From: Octopus bimaculoides
Taxonomy: Eukaryota
Assembly: GCF_001194135.2 (NCBI RefSeq)
Contig: NC_069000.1
Span: forward strand, 30,586,703-30,620,640
DNA: 33,938 nucleotides
Reading direction: 5' to 3'
The notes beneath the pieces are model-generated. The model was not told the origin of the DNA. It ran no database searches and saw only the letters and a list, made by a program, of their open reading frames with translations. The position numbers were made by a program, and so were the translations under genes. Positions 1-11,259 of the stretch are shown here, one piece after another (the stretch's first letter is position 1; the number at the start of each line of letters is the position of its first letter).

Positions 1-920
1 AACGCACTTGTCCCTGGCAGTCAAGGCCAATAACTTTTTTTTGGAGTTTTCTTGATTGACCCAGACCAGTTTTGGAGAATTTTGTTAAAATTTTGACGTT
101 TTTTGTTTTTGCTTTTTAATGCCATTTAATTAAGCCCTCACTAAATTTTGCATTTTCGTCATTTTATTAATGTCTTTGTTTTTTTTTGTTGTTTTGAGAC
201 CATGTAGCAAATAAAGAAATCATTATCATCTGACATTTCATTAGAATGCCTTGTTGTTGTTGTTGTTGTTGATGGCGTTGTTGTTTAATGCCCAAATATG
301 TCATTGCAGGTGTTTTGTGAAAAGACTTACCACCAATATATTGAGATCTGGGGAGCAATTTCAAATTTTTAATGACATGCCTTGCTAACAATAAATACGC
401 ACCTACACACATACACACACACACATACGCACACACACACATACACACAGACACACACCTTGTGATTATGGTGATTAATGAGTTTTATCGCCCGTTCTTT
501 CGGTCACTAACTTGATATTATATGTCACCTGACATTAGGACTACGTATGTGTACGTGTGTGCGTGGTGCGTGTGTGTATGTGTGCGTATGTGTGCGTGTA
601 TGTGTGTGGTTCGGTGGGTGTTTGGGTGGATAGCTAGATGGTTGCTATGGGTGTATACGTTTTAAGAGTGCTTGTGTAGGTGTTATATCATGTGCGTGTA
701 TTTGTCCGATCGCAACTGTATATACACATGTGTTTGGGTATGAACTTGTGTGTGTGTGTGTGTGTGTGCGTGCGTGTGTGTGTGCTTGTGTGTGTGTGCT
801 TGTGTGTGTATATATATGTGTGTGTGTGTGTGTGTGTTTCGTTTTGTGTGTATGTGTTTGCGTTTTGTATATGCTTTGTGTGTGTATTATGTGCTTGTGT
901 GTGACCGCGCGCGGACTTTG

Positions 921-1008
921 CGAGTATAGGTGTGTTGTTTAACCCCAGGTCAATCCTGGCTGGCGAAGACCTTAGATCAAAGACATTCCAACCATGACTA
1001 GCCCGTCT
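921..1008 (+). repeat. Short interspersed-repeat fragment (family C), loosely related to 4598-4720
   Basis: tgtgttgtttaaccccaggt...catga weakly aligns by eye with the reverse complement of 4655-4730 (tttgttctttaaccctaggt...catga). Divergent. Confidence 0.3.
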
Positions 1009-1165
1009 TTATTTTCTTTGACGCAATTCATTCTGTATTATTTGATGGGTCCTCATAAGGGAAACAAAAAAAACGAGAAAAGTTATACGAAGTGAATGTT
1101 TGGAGGGAAAGATAAAAGAGAGAAAGTATGTATGTGAAGATGTTGCGTGTATGTACATGTGTGTG

Positions 1166-1209
<44 letters not shown>

Positions 1210-1724
1210 ACACGTATGTATGCATGTGCCTGCGTGTGCGCGTAAGCGGGTGCCCGCCCACGTATGAATATACGTGTATGTAAACGTTGAAGGTAATGGG
1301 GTAGTGGTTTCTAAACAATCTGTCGCAAATGGTATCTTGGTGCGGCGTGACAGATAAGACGATTCTAATGATTGAGCATTTAAACAAATCAAACGAAATA
1401 CAACAAAAATAAATAAAAAATAAACAAAAACAAAAAAGTACAAAAGAAAAAACATGATTTTGTTATATTCAGGTATGATATGTAATAGTTTTGTGGATTT
1501 TTACCAAAATATCTAATTTAAAAGTTGTTTTTTTTTCCCGTTTCTATTTGATACGCGTCAATAATTTTTGTTTTATTTTATCTCCTTTGATCTTCTGCGT
1601 GCTACGAAGTTGAAATAGTTCAGCACAACTGAAAGGATTCTTCAGTCCATCCAAATAAAAGAAGAAAAAAAGAAAATGAAATAAGAAAAGACCAATTAGT
1701 AGAACATAAGAAGTAAGAATATCA

Positions 1725-1918
1725 AGGCAGCATGCTGGCAGAAACGTTAGCACGCTGGGCGAAATGCTTAGCGGTATTTCGTCTGCCGCTACGTTCTGAG
1801 TTCAAATTCCGCCGAGGTCCACTTTGCCTTTCATCCTTTCGGGGTCAATTAAACCAGTTACGCACTGGCGTCGATATAATCGACTTAATCCGTTTGTCAG
1901 TCCTTGTTTGTCGCAGTA
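1725..1918 (+). mobile_element. SINE family B copy with 17-bp target-site duplication
   Basis: Head gctggcagaaacgttagcacg, B-box-like gagttcaaattcc, core actttgcctttcatcctttcggggtc shared with many copies in the window. Flanked by identical aagaagtaagaatatca at 1708-1724 and 1919-1935. Confidence 0.88.
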
Positions 1919-1955
1919 AAGAAGTAAGAATATCATGCAATATTTATTCCGACTA

Positions 1956-2005
1956 GGGCGGCGAGCTGGCAGAATCTTTAGCACGCCGGGCGAACTGCTT
2001 AGTTG
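1956..2005 (+). mobile_element. SINE family B, 5' head only
   Basis: ggcggcgagctggcagaatctttagcacgccgggcgaactgcttag matches the head at 1725-1775. Confidence 0.75.
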
Positions 2006-2125
2006 TGAAGTTAATAGGTGAGTTTATGTTGAACTGTTTATTGAATTACTGCCAGTGTTGATTGAATTGTTGTTTAATTGTTGCCGTTGTTGATTCGTTA
2101 ATGGTTTTGTTTCCCATTGTGGGAA

Positions 2126-2452
2126 ATGGAGAAGGCGCCGGAGGCATGCCCCAGTTATGCGGCCGCAACGAGCAAAGGAGTAGACATGCAAGAGTTGGAG
2201 GTCCGAGAAATAAAAGTGGAGCCCAGAAAGATGAAGGAGAGTGAAAAATTAATCACTAAGGAAGGTAACGTACTGAAGCTAACGCCGCCGGAAGAGTTAT
2301 CGGCCAACGTGTTAAAAAGAACGGTAACACTTAAAACCATGAAGACAGCCACAAGGAAAATAGAGATTGCACCGATAGAAGCCATAGAGGAATGTATCGA
2401 GGAATTGAAAAGAGTTACAATATACGTTACGAGAGGGAGAAGAGTGCTGTAA
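2126..2452 (+). pseudogene. Orphan 108-aa ORF, possibly a LINE ORF1/gag-like relic
   Basis: Non-repetitive ATG-started ORF MEKAPEACPSYAAATSKG...RRVL in a locally GC-richer patch. An SYAAA motif is common near LINE ORF1 N-termini. A very weak, frameshifted YRP-TC..H knuckle-like remnant lies at ~2540-2590. Confidence 0.3.
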
Positions 2453-3035
2453 GATGTCTGCTACATAAATTAGGACTAAACAACGATATGCAGGCGACAG
2501 ACGAATCCATTCTTTAACATGCTTTAACATGCGAATGTTGTACCGTCCACCTGTGTAAGCCCTGAGTAACACATTGTGCAGCATATATGAGATGCCTACT
2601 TCTTGTCTTGGTCCGCAACTTTACACCTGAAATAATATTTATTGGCAATTTTTTATTTGGTGGCAATGTTCTTCCGCTGGTCACGCGGAGCAAATTTTCC
2701 ACAGACATAAAAATTGTCTGGGTGATTCACACAGTCTCTCCTATTCATGATCCAACACAATAAATACAGTTAAAACAGTAATCACGCAGAGCGAGAGATA
2801 CACATACTATATATGATGGCAGCGAAAATAATACTTTGAGTTACCAAGAACAAACTGACGTATTTGGTATTGCACACACTACATCAGCGCCATCTATTGC
2901 TAAACTAAATAATGAACTTTCTCACCGTTTGTTTTATTGCTGTTATTTCTTTAATTTTGAATTAAGACCACTTTTATTTTAGCAAATTTTATATATAATG
3001 CGACTTATATTTAGCCAAAAGTATAGTTATAATCT

Positions 3036-3110
3036 TGCGCATGCGCATAACTCAACGCGCTAGAACAATTCTGAACACGTGCTAGAACAATTTTGAGCAC
3101 GGAAGCGGAA
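3036..3110. promoter_or_regulatory. NRF1-like palindrome plus tandem ETS-like motifs
   Basis: TGCGCATGCGCA at 3036-3047 and CGGAAGCGGAA at 3100-3110, around a 22-bp imperfect tandem duplication (3059-3080/3081-3102). Could instead be a transposon subterminus. Confidence 0.25.
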
Positions 3111-3295
3111 TCAGCATCCTCAATTTAGTCTAAAACATATGCTTTTACCCCAGTAGCAAAATCTTTGTTATCCAGTGTAATTTAACTTTACGTTTATGTT
3201 ATTTTTATAAAAATACAGTTTTTTGCTGCTAATATAAAAGCGTTTTTTAAAAACAAATCTGTAAACCTGTCCTCAAATACTGTCTGCACCCAGTA

Positions 3296-3328
<33 letters not shown>

Positions 3329-3489
3329 TGTATAAAGGATCATGGGTAAGGCCAAAGCAATTCGAAGTAAATGCAAGGTAAGTCACAAGAAAACAAATAT
3401 GTGAATTAATGTAGATTTACCTTGTATTCAATATTTCGGAGTCATGAATGAAATGTTTTTGCTTAGATGTATACTCTATCAGGATTGAA

Positions 3490-3502
3490 CAACAAGAATG
3501 AC

Positions 3503-3549
<47 letters not shown>

Positions 3550-3620
3550 TAATAACAATGACAATAATAATAATAATAATAACAATGACAATAATAATAA
3601 CAACAACAATAATAATAATA
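3490..3620. repeat. (AAT)n/(AAC)n microsatellite
   Basis: Direct reading; explains the poly-N ORF 3467-3694. Confidence 0.95.
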
Positions 3621-4597
3621 AGAAGAAGAACTACATTCTCAAAATTCCTCACCGACAATCAACGGCAATAAATCGAGCAAAGAAAGAAAGATGAATAAGG
3701 AGTCAGATATCTGCTCAAATCACGACGTAATTTCTTTAAAAAAAAAACAAAAAGAAAGAAAAAACAAGGCCGCGTTGGGTTCATAGTGTCCTGGAGTCGG
3801 GGACAAGTTCTCTTTGCTTAATCAGAACTGACCGGTCAAAAAAGCAGAAATACATATTTAGGAATCCTATCACCGCTACAAAACATTTTTTCACCTGATA
3901 CTGATACATTTCTGTGGTTTTTGTTAATATATATCCTTACAATATGCTTTCTATGGATGAATACCGAAAGTTCAAGGCTTTCAACAGCATATTTGTGTTG
4001 AATATGATATACAGAATGCTATGTTGAATCAATAGTGCATCCATCACTAATAACGAAATTTAACTTACCATTGCCGCTGAAAGTCGCAAATGAGGATCAC
4101 AGATATACTTATATCACGTGATTTCTAACTTTGAAATATTTCTCTTAGTTCTCATCAGTAGGTCTCGCCGTTGCCAAGGATTAGATTTATACTCGCTTCG
4201 TCATGTCTGTCAAAATCGTTGAAAGACCAGTGCCAAATTCAAACGATATCAGTGTGTAATTATACACAAATAGCTAAAGATATTGTTATTATTAATAAAT
4301 AATAACAATAATATAAATGGCCAGCTAGCATTAACGCCAAAAAGGCAAATTCATAGATTATAATTGAGGGTACAAGATATAGGTATATCTGTGATATCTG
4401 TGATCCTCGATTTTTATCAGCCTGTTGAATTTTCAGTGAAATGGTGGCTTATTTGAGAGTTTTTCGACTCTTATTTTTAGCAACGCTAGTACTTCGTGTA
4501 TCCTAAATAAATAATCAATTATAATCTTATATATATATATATATATATATATGTTAATATACACACTCATATACAACAATAATTCATCTTTATTTAT

Positions 4598-4720
4598 GGC
4601 CACTCGACTTTGCTAGAAATAACAGCAGAGTCTCCTCTCCATTCTGTGATTAGGTTAGATGATCATGTCAGGACGATTCTTATCATAGCTTTGCTGAATT
4701 AGCACCAACCTAGGGTTAAA
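4598..4720. repeat. Degenerate interspersed-repeat fragment (family C)
   Basis: ggccactcgactttgctagaaataacagc; similar gctagagatagcag at ~5890 and gttagaaataacagc at ~30028; the distal part resembles 930-1008 in reverse. Confidence 0.3.
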
Positions 4721-5100
4721 GAACAAAAAAAAACAAACAAACAAAAACAATAAAAAATACACCATCAACAAGTTCTTCTAAAACAACAGCCACAAAAACA
4801 ACAACAACAAAAACAACGAAGTGACAAAACTAACATGCAAAACAACCAACAAAAACAATTACTTAAACAACACGTAAAAACATACACCACAACAAACACA
4901 CCAACAGGTGCAACAAACAACAACAACAACAGCAACAGCAAAAGCTGGAGCATCATCGACCCTATAAGATGAAAACTACAAGTACAACATTAACGACAGC
5001 AATTACAAGAGGAAGGAAAACAAACGAGGAATACATCCTCGACACCACCACCAGCAGAAGCAACTGCAACAACAACAACAACAACATCACCACTACCATC
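4720..5100. repeat. Degenerate (CAA)n low-complexity tract
   Basis: Direct reading. Confidence 0.85.
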
Positions 5101-5483
5101 CCTGTACAAGATAAGACTAGGAAATTTATTGGCTTAAATTAAACGAGGAAATAAATTCTTGATTAAAACCAGCACGAAACTAAGAGAATGCGGTATCGCC
5201 TTCTGCTTCAACCCACAAATCAAGGTTTTTGATCTCTTTTTCTTTCCAATCAGCCATGGTGGCGGGGATCTTGGTTAGCTTCGTGGATATTGGCCTTTTT
5301 CCTATAACTGAGTCATTCTGGATTAAAGAACTTAGTTAAATAAATATAATAGACATAAGAAAAATAAAATACATGAAAGAAACTTAGATGATTAAAGGAA
5401 AACCTATTCTGCATACGCACATGAACACGCACGAAAACATATATAATATACTGGTATAATACACACACACACACACACACACG

Positions 5484-5521
<38 letters not shown>

Positions 5522-5759
5522 CACACACACACATATATATATATATATACATATATATATGTATCATTAAATATATATATATACATATATATATATATTT
5601 GTATAATTATATATATATGTACATATACATAAAATTATAATTAAGGGTATCTAAAAGATATGCATATATATATATATGTATATATATCTATGTATATATA
5701 TANNNNNNNNNNNNNNNNNNNNNNNNNNNNNNNNNNNNNNNNNNNNNNNNNNNNNNNNN

Positions 5760-5819
<60 letters not shown>

Positions 5820-6339
5820 TTGTATCATTATATATATATATGTACATATATATAAAATTATAATTAAGGGTATCTAAAAGATACCACCATGCTAGAGATA
5901 GCAGTCAAAACTTGACTCTAAAACTACATCAACTATTTATACAACACCAGGAGAAAAGACAGAGAGACAAATAAACTAGCAAAAAATTATTGGATAATCC
6001 CAGATCTAGATTTCTGGCTTTGCAAATAATATACTCTGTCTCTTCAGTGTCCCACCTCCCAACACCCTCACATCACACCACGATACACCATATCACACAA
6101 TACATCACTTCACAGCACACCACCACGCACACACTAGCACTGACCAATTCTTTTCCCCACATTTACACACCTTCCCACCTAATACACACATACATACGTT
6201 AAGATCACCAGCATTCTCTCACACACACGCAGCTTCTCGTCTTGGGTTCACCACTTCTTTGTTATCTCCCCTTTTTCTTAGCTCTCCTGTGTGATCCTTT
6301 TGTCCGGCATTCACCATGATAGATCGCTGACCACTACAT

Positions 6340-6470
6340 CTATATTTCTTTTCTCCTTGTTTCTCTCCTTATTTCTTTCTGTGTTCCTTTCAGTTGAAGA
6401 GCGTAGGCTCGAAACGTCACTTTCTCTATTCCCGAGCGTTAAACTAATACATCCATTTGTTGTTTACACC
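6340..6470 (+). mobile_element. Probable Penelope-like terminal-repeat relic with degenerate hammerhead-like motif
   Basis: cagttgaa-GAGC-gtag-GCTC-gaaacgtc (6391-6418) resembles the CTGAnGA(A)-stemII-GAAA-palindrome-UC layout of Penelope minimal hammerheads. The core is mutated. Confidence 0.4.
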
Positions 6471-6514
6471 ATCTGTCTTCGTCTGTTGTTTTTCCGTAAA
6501 TTCTCCACCCCCCT

Positions 6515-6553
<39 letters not shown>

Positions 6554-6757
6554 GTATATACATATATATATATACAACATACGAATACTTACATATACGC
6601 ACGCATACACAATATAGATGTACATATGCACACGACCGGTTTAATTGTCCGCCTAAACTCCACGTGCTATATGGTCAAAATACTACCATAGTGAATATAA
6701 TGACGAATTAAATATATAAATAAGGATAAGATCGTTATTTAAAATACCGTTCACATC

Positions 6758-6810
6758 AAGCGGCCATGCTGGGGCACCGCCCTTAGACCAACAAATCGAC
6801 CCGCAGGACT
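6758..6810 (-). mobile_element. SINE family A, short 3' fragment
   Basis: gcggccatgctggggcaccgcccttagaccaacaaatcgacccgcaggactta is the reverse complement of the family A 3' end. Confidence 0.75.
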
Positions 6811-6938
6811 TATATATACATTTAAATATTTATATATACACATTTAATACTATATATATATCCAAAATATGTATACATATGTGTGCATATGTATATATTA
6901 ATATATATATATATGTATATATGCATATATAGCATATG

Positions 6939-6997
<59 letters not shown>

Positions 6998-7280
6998 NNN
7001 NNNNNNNNNNNNNNNNNNNNNNNNNNNNNNNNNNNNNNNNNNNNNNNNNNNNNNNNNNNNNNNNNNNNNNNNNNNNNNNNNNNNNNNNNNNNNNNNNNNN
7101 NNNNNNNNNNNNNNNNNNNNNNNNNNNNNNNNNNNNNNNNNNNNNNNNNNNNNNNNNNNNNNNNNNNNNNNNNNNNNNNNNNNNNNNNNNNNNNNNNNNN
7201 NNNNNNNNNNNNNNNNNNNNNNNNNNNNNNNNNNNNNNNNNNNNNNNNNNNNNNNNNNNNNNNNNNNNNNNNNNNNNNNN

Positions 7281-7309
<29 letters not shown>

Positions 7310-7319
<10 letters not shown>

Positions 7320-7510
7320 CTGTGTTTGTAGTCCCACCATCAATTGACAATCGATGTTGGTGTGTTTACGTCCCCGTAACTAGTGGTTCGACAAAAGAGA
7401 CCGAAAGAATAAGTGCTAGGCTTACAAAGAATGTCCTAGGGTCGATCTGTTTAACTAAAGGCGGTACTCCAGCATGGCCGCAGGCAAATGACTGAAACAA
7501 ATAAAAGAAT
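7310..7510 (+). mobile_element. SINE family A, 3' half (5' half probably in gap 6998-7280)
   Basis: ggtgtgtttacgtccccgtaact...aaggcggtactccagcatggccgcag...actgaaacaaataaaagaata matches 17390-17565. Confidence 0.88.
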
Positions 7511-7554
7511 ATATAGCATATGGCTGAAACGAATAAACGAATATATATACTCGC

Positions 7555-9880
7555 AATATTTGAATTTTTTGTATTTTCTTTAAACCCTTTTTTCTTTGGT
7601 AACAATTTGTCGAAGATCGATTTAATCTTTCGAGCGAACATTGGCTCTACAGGTGACTTGCCTGAACTGGTATTCGGATTGGGCGTTACTCTGTAAACCC
7701 TTAAGAATTTAGTTAGCGCTTCGTTATTTCATAACTCGTTCCTTGCTCTCTTTTAGCGCTCGCTTGAAAGTATCTACGAATTGTTCTGCTTGTCCTTTTG
7801 ACCTCGGTTGGTGGGGCAGGGTAAACATGTCCTTGATTGCATGCATTTTGCAGAATTTCTTAGATTCGTATCTTGTAAATTGTGTTCTACTGTCCGATAC
7901 TATGGTGTACGGAACACCATATCGAGCAAAACTTTAGTACAGGAACTTTATTGTTGCCTTCGAGGTAGGTTGACGCACCGACATACTTCCAGCCACTTGG
8001 TAACGCTATCAACAATGATCAAGTATTACGCATCATTCACTGGACCAGCGTAGTCTATATATACCCTGAACCACGGACTATACGTCCCAGGCCACTATTA
8101 GTATTTCACCGGTAGTGCCTTGGCTGCTAGCGCACAACCGCTACATGATTTTACCAAATTTTCAATGTCCCGGTTCATTGACGACCAATACTCATAACTC
8201 CTCATCAAAGCTTTCATTCTTGACATCCATGGGTGTCCACTATAAAATTCATGTAATATCTGTTTCTGCAGTGCAGTTGGTACTGCCACTCTTTATGTGT
8301 ACAGTAATACATCGTCGCAGAGTGCAAAGTGGTTTGCATTCGTGTTTCTCTTTTGTTTATTTTTCAATGTTTCCTTCATTTTTATGATGCATTTGTCCTC
8401 CGGTGGTTTACTTTTTATAACTTGTACAGTCACTGGCAGCTCCTGAATGACATTACACATACCATTTTTAGTTTCCTTTTCTGATTATAATGCGGCTATC
8501 ACTGTATCTTCCAGTGGTTCCGCATTCTACGGAATTAGCCTAGATAAACAATCCGCATGGCCAATTTTCTTAGAAGGAATTTATTCCATCTTAAAGTTGT
8601 AATTTCATAATATTGTATCTCAGCGTTGTAATCTGTTAGCTGTATGGGTAGGAATTCCTTTCTTCGATCCGAAAATTGATAGTAACGGTCGGTGGTCTGT
8701 CTTAAGCCGAAAACTTCTACCGTATAGAAATCTGTGAAATTTCTTCACGGCAAAAATAATCGCTAGAGCTTATTTTCTGTACCTGACTAGTTTGTTCTGC
8801 TGCAATCAGAACACATGAGGCAGGAACCACTGCCTTCATATTATCATTATTATATTTGTATAGTAAAACTGCTCCTACGCCGTATTCAGAAGCGTCAGAA
8901 GCTACCACAATCTCCGCTACAGGATCGAAATGAGCCAGCGACATGTCTGAAATTAATATTTTTTTAATATCCTGAAACGCCTTTTGACAGTTATTTGAGT
9001 AATTCCTTTTGGCGTCTTTCCTTATCAAATTATTAAGTGGAGCTCTCAATTCATACGTGTTTGATATGTAATTTTGATAATAGTTCGCTTGGTCAAGAAA
9101 AGCTTGTAGGAGGCATATTTTTAATTGCGTCTGCTCTCGATGGGTCAGGTCGTCTTCCATTTTTATCTAGAATTTGTCCTAAATATTTAATTTTAGGCAA
9201 AAAGAATTCACATGTCTCCTCACAGTGTAAAACCGTAATTTCTTTGTCGTAAGTCCTTGTACAAAAAGGAGACATTTAAACATATTAGGAGTTTATTCCT
9301 TCAGTTGAAACCTTTTGCACATTCGGTTTATAGTCCCGACATACGTGACAAAGTCTTCATCCTTTCTTTTAACTAGACTCCCATCGAGTGTTAAATAGTG
9401 AACTCATATCACTGAGTATTTTCGATAGCAGTTTATCTATTTCCTGGAAGCAAATTCCACTAGTTTTTTGGGGTAATATGAAATCACAATATTTTTCATG
9501 TTCAGCCCGCGCTAATTTACGTAATAATGACCTTACTTTTTCGTTGCCCGTCCACAACTTGCAATCTTCCCTGAAGATTTCTTCGTACCTTCTAAAGTAC
9601 ACTGCAAACGTTATACCCTCATCTGGGTCATAACTGAATTCTGTTATAGAGTTCGATACGCCGTCTGGTGAAAACGAACTTATAGTATTTCTGGACTTCT
9701 TAAGACATAAGCTCTATTAACTGTTGCTGTAGTAGTTGTTTCTGCATCTCTTATTTCTGTTCTTGCAGTTGCTTTTGTAACTGTATTGTCGAAGCTAATA
9801 GGTCTTCCATAATTAACAACTTTGTATCACAAAAAATTGTTAACTGATTCTCGTGAGCTTCGAATCTTCGTTGCCAACCA
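7555..9880 (-). mobile_element. Decayed, internally deleted Ty3/Gypsy LTR retrotransposon (K02A2.6-like gag-pol)
   Basis: PBS-like TGGCAACGAAGAT 9864-9876; gag from ATG 9810 (FSYDPDEGITF..YFRRYEEIF..KVRSLLRKL..EHEKY..ILP); RT C-terminus CEFFLPKIKYLG; linker/RNase H ASDASEYGVGAVL, TDHRPLLSIFG, HADCLSR; integrase Zn finger GHPWMSRMK..C..C; core IDYAGP, YGVPYTIVSD, KGQAEQFVDTFKRAL; end YRVTPNP..KSPVEPMFARKIK. Many stops and frameshifts; no LTR pair found. Confidence 0.93.
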
Positions 9881-9978
9881 ACCAACAAAAGATATTCCGG
9901 AAAACTACCTAAACGACACCTTACGACTTCCTGCGATTAACACCTACTGTCCTATCTTTCACTCAGACAGCTAATATT

Positions 9979-10604
9979 TATAGCCGTTCGGTCAAGTCTA
10001 TTCTCGCAAGGGGTGTTATGTCTCTTGTCACAACAGTATGTTTGCGTGTGTGTAAGTAAAAGTAATTTTGATATATTCTTTAGATGGAAAAGAATGTATG
10101 CTCTAATAACTACAGGTATGCATACGCACACATACAGATAAAAACACGCACACATACACACATATACTCGTATATTGTCAAATTTATTATATAAAATGGT
10201 TGACGGTGACTTCATGCTTCGCATACCTCAAGGTGTGTTCCATGACTGCTTGAAACTTGCAACCTTTTTTCAGTTCTTTCATCAGTAAACCTGTGTCGTC
10301 TTTTCAACTCTTGCTTTAATAGACACACACGTATACATATGCATATACATATACATACACACACATACATATCCATATACATATACATACACATATGCAT
10401 ATACATATACATATACATACACTGTCAACCATTTTATATAATAAATTTGACAATATACAGCATACATTTTGACAATATACAGCATACATTCTTTTCCATC
10501 TAAAGAATATATCAAAATTACTTTTACTTACACACACGCAAACATACTGTTGTGACAAGAGACATAACACCCCTTGCGAGAATAGACTTGACCGAACGGC
10601 TATA
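9979..10604. repeat. Foldback / long inverted repeat with modular arms
   Basis: 9979-10102 is the exact reverse complement of 10481-10604 (124/124). Inner IR 10170-10208 vs 10420-10458 (38/39). Both ends are TATA. Confidence 0.9.
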
Positions 10605-11259
10605 CATACATTTATACATACATTTATACATACACACATACGTACATACACACTCATACATACCTATATATATGTGTATGTGTATGCGTGTGTGTATGTG
10701 TGTGTATGTACAATCGCATTTATGCATATATATATGTGCATGTATATACATATACATTCATATATATATATATATATATATATANNNNNNNNNNNNNNNN
10801 NNNNNNNNNNNNNNNNNNNNNNNNNNNNNNNNNNNNNNNNNNNNNNNNNNNNNNNNNNNNNNNNNNNNNNNNNNNNNNNNNNNNNNNNNNNNNNNNNNNN
10901 NNNNNNNNNNNNNNNNNNNNNNNNNNNNNNNNNNNNNNNNNNNNNNNNNNNNNNNNNNNNNNNNNNNNNNNNNNNNNNNNNNNNNNNNNNNNNNNNNNNN
11001 NNNTATATATATATATATATATATATATACGCAAGCATACACATTTACACACAAGCACATATATATAAACATATCATATGTGTATGTATCCCTCTCTCTT
11101 TCTCATTCTCTTTCTCTCTCTCTATGTATCTCTCTTTACACATACATATACACACAGGCGTTCACGCCCACAATCAGACATACACAAATGGTGGAGAAAA
11201 AGAAAAAGAAAAGAAAACAAACGAGGCAAGATACAAAAATAAGAGGATAAGTTTCTAAT

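Noticed and set aside
3980-4028. Short hairpin ttcaacagcat...atgctatgttgaa
   Set aside because: AT-rich, about 11 bp with a bulge; expected by chance.
5176-5270. Perfect Kozak GCCACCATGG on the minus strand, with CCAATCAG and a GC-box-like motif
   Set aside because: The ORF is only 25 aa (MADWKEKEIK...AFS), has no good splice donor and resembles nothing I know; compatible with chance.
5598-5883. ~45-60 bp AT-rich unit (tgtacatata.ataaaattataattaagggtatctaaaagata) repeated on both sides of gap 5703-5759
   Set aside because: Most simply overlapping contig ends or haplotype duplication at a gap; cannot be called a real tandem repeat without reads.
10209-10320. Peptide LKQELKRRHRFTDERTEK in the foldback spacer
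   Set aside because: Short, no clear splice signals, no transposase or other motif recognised.
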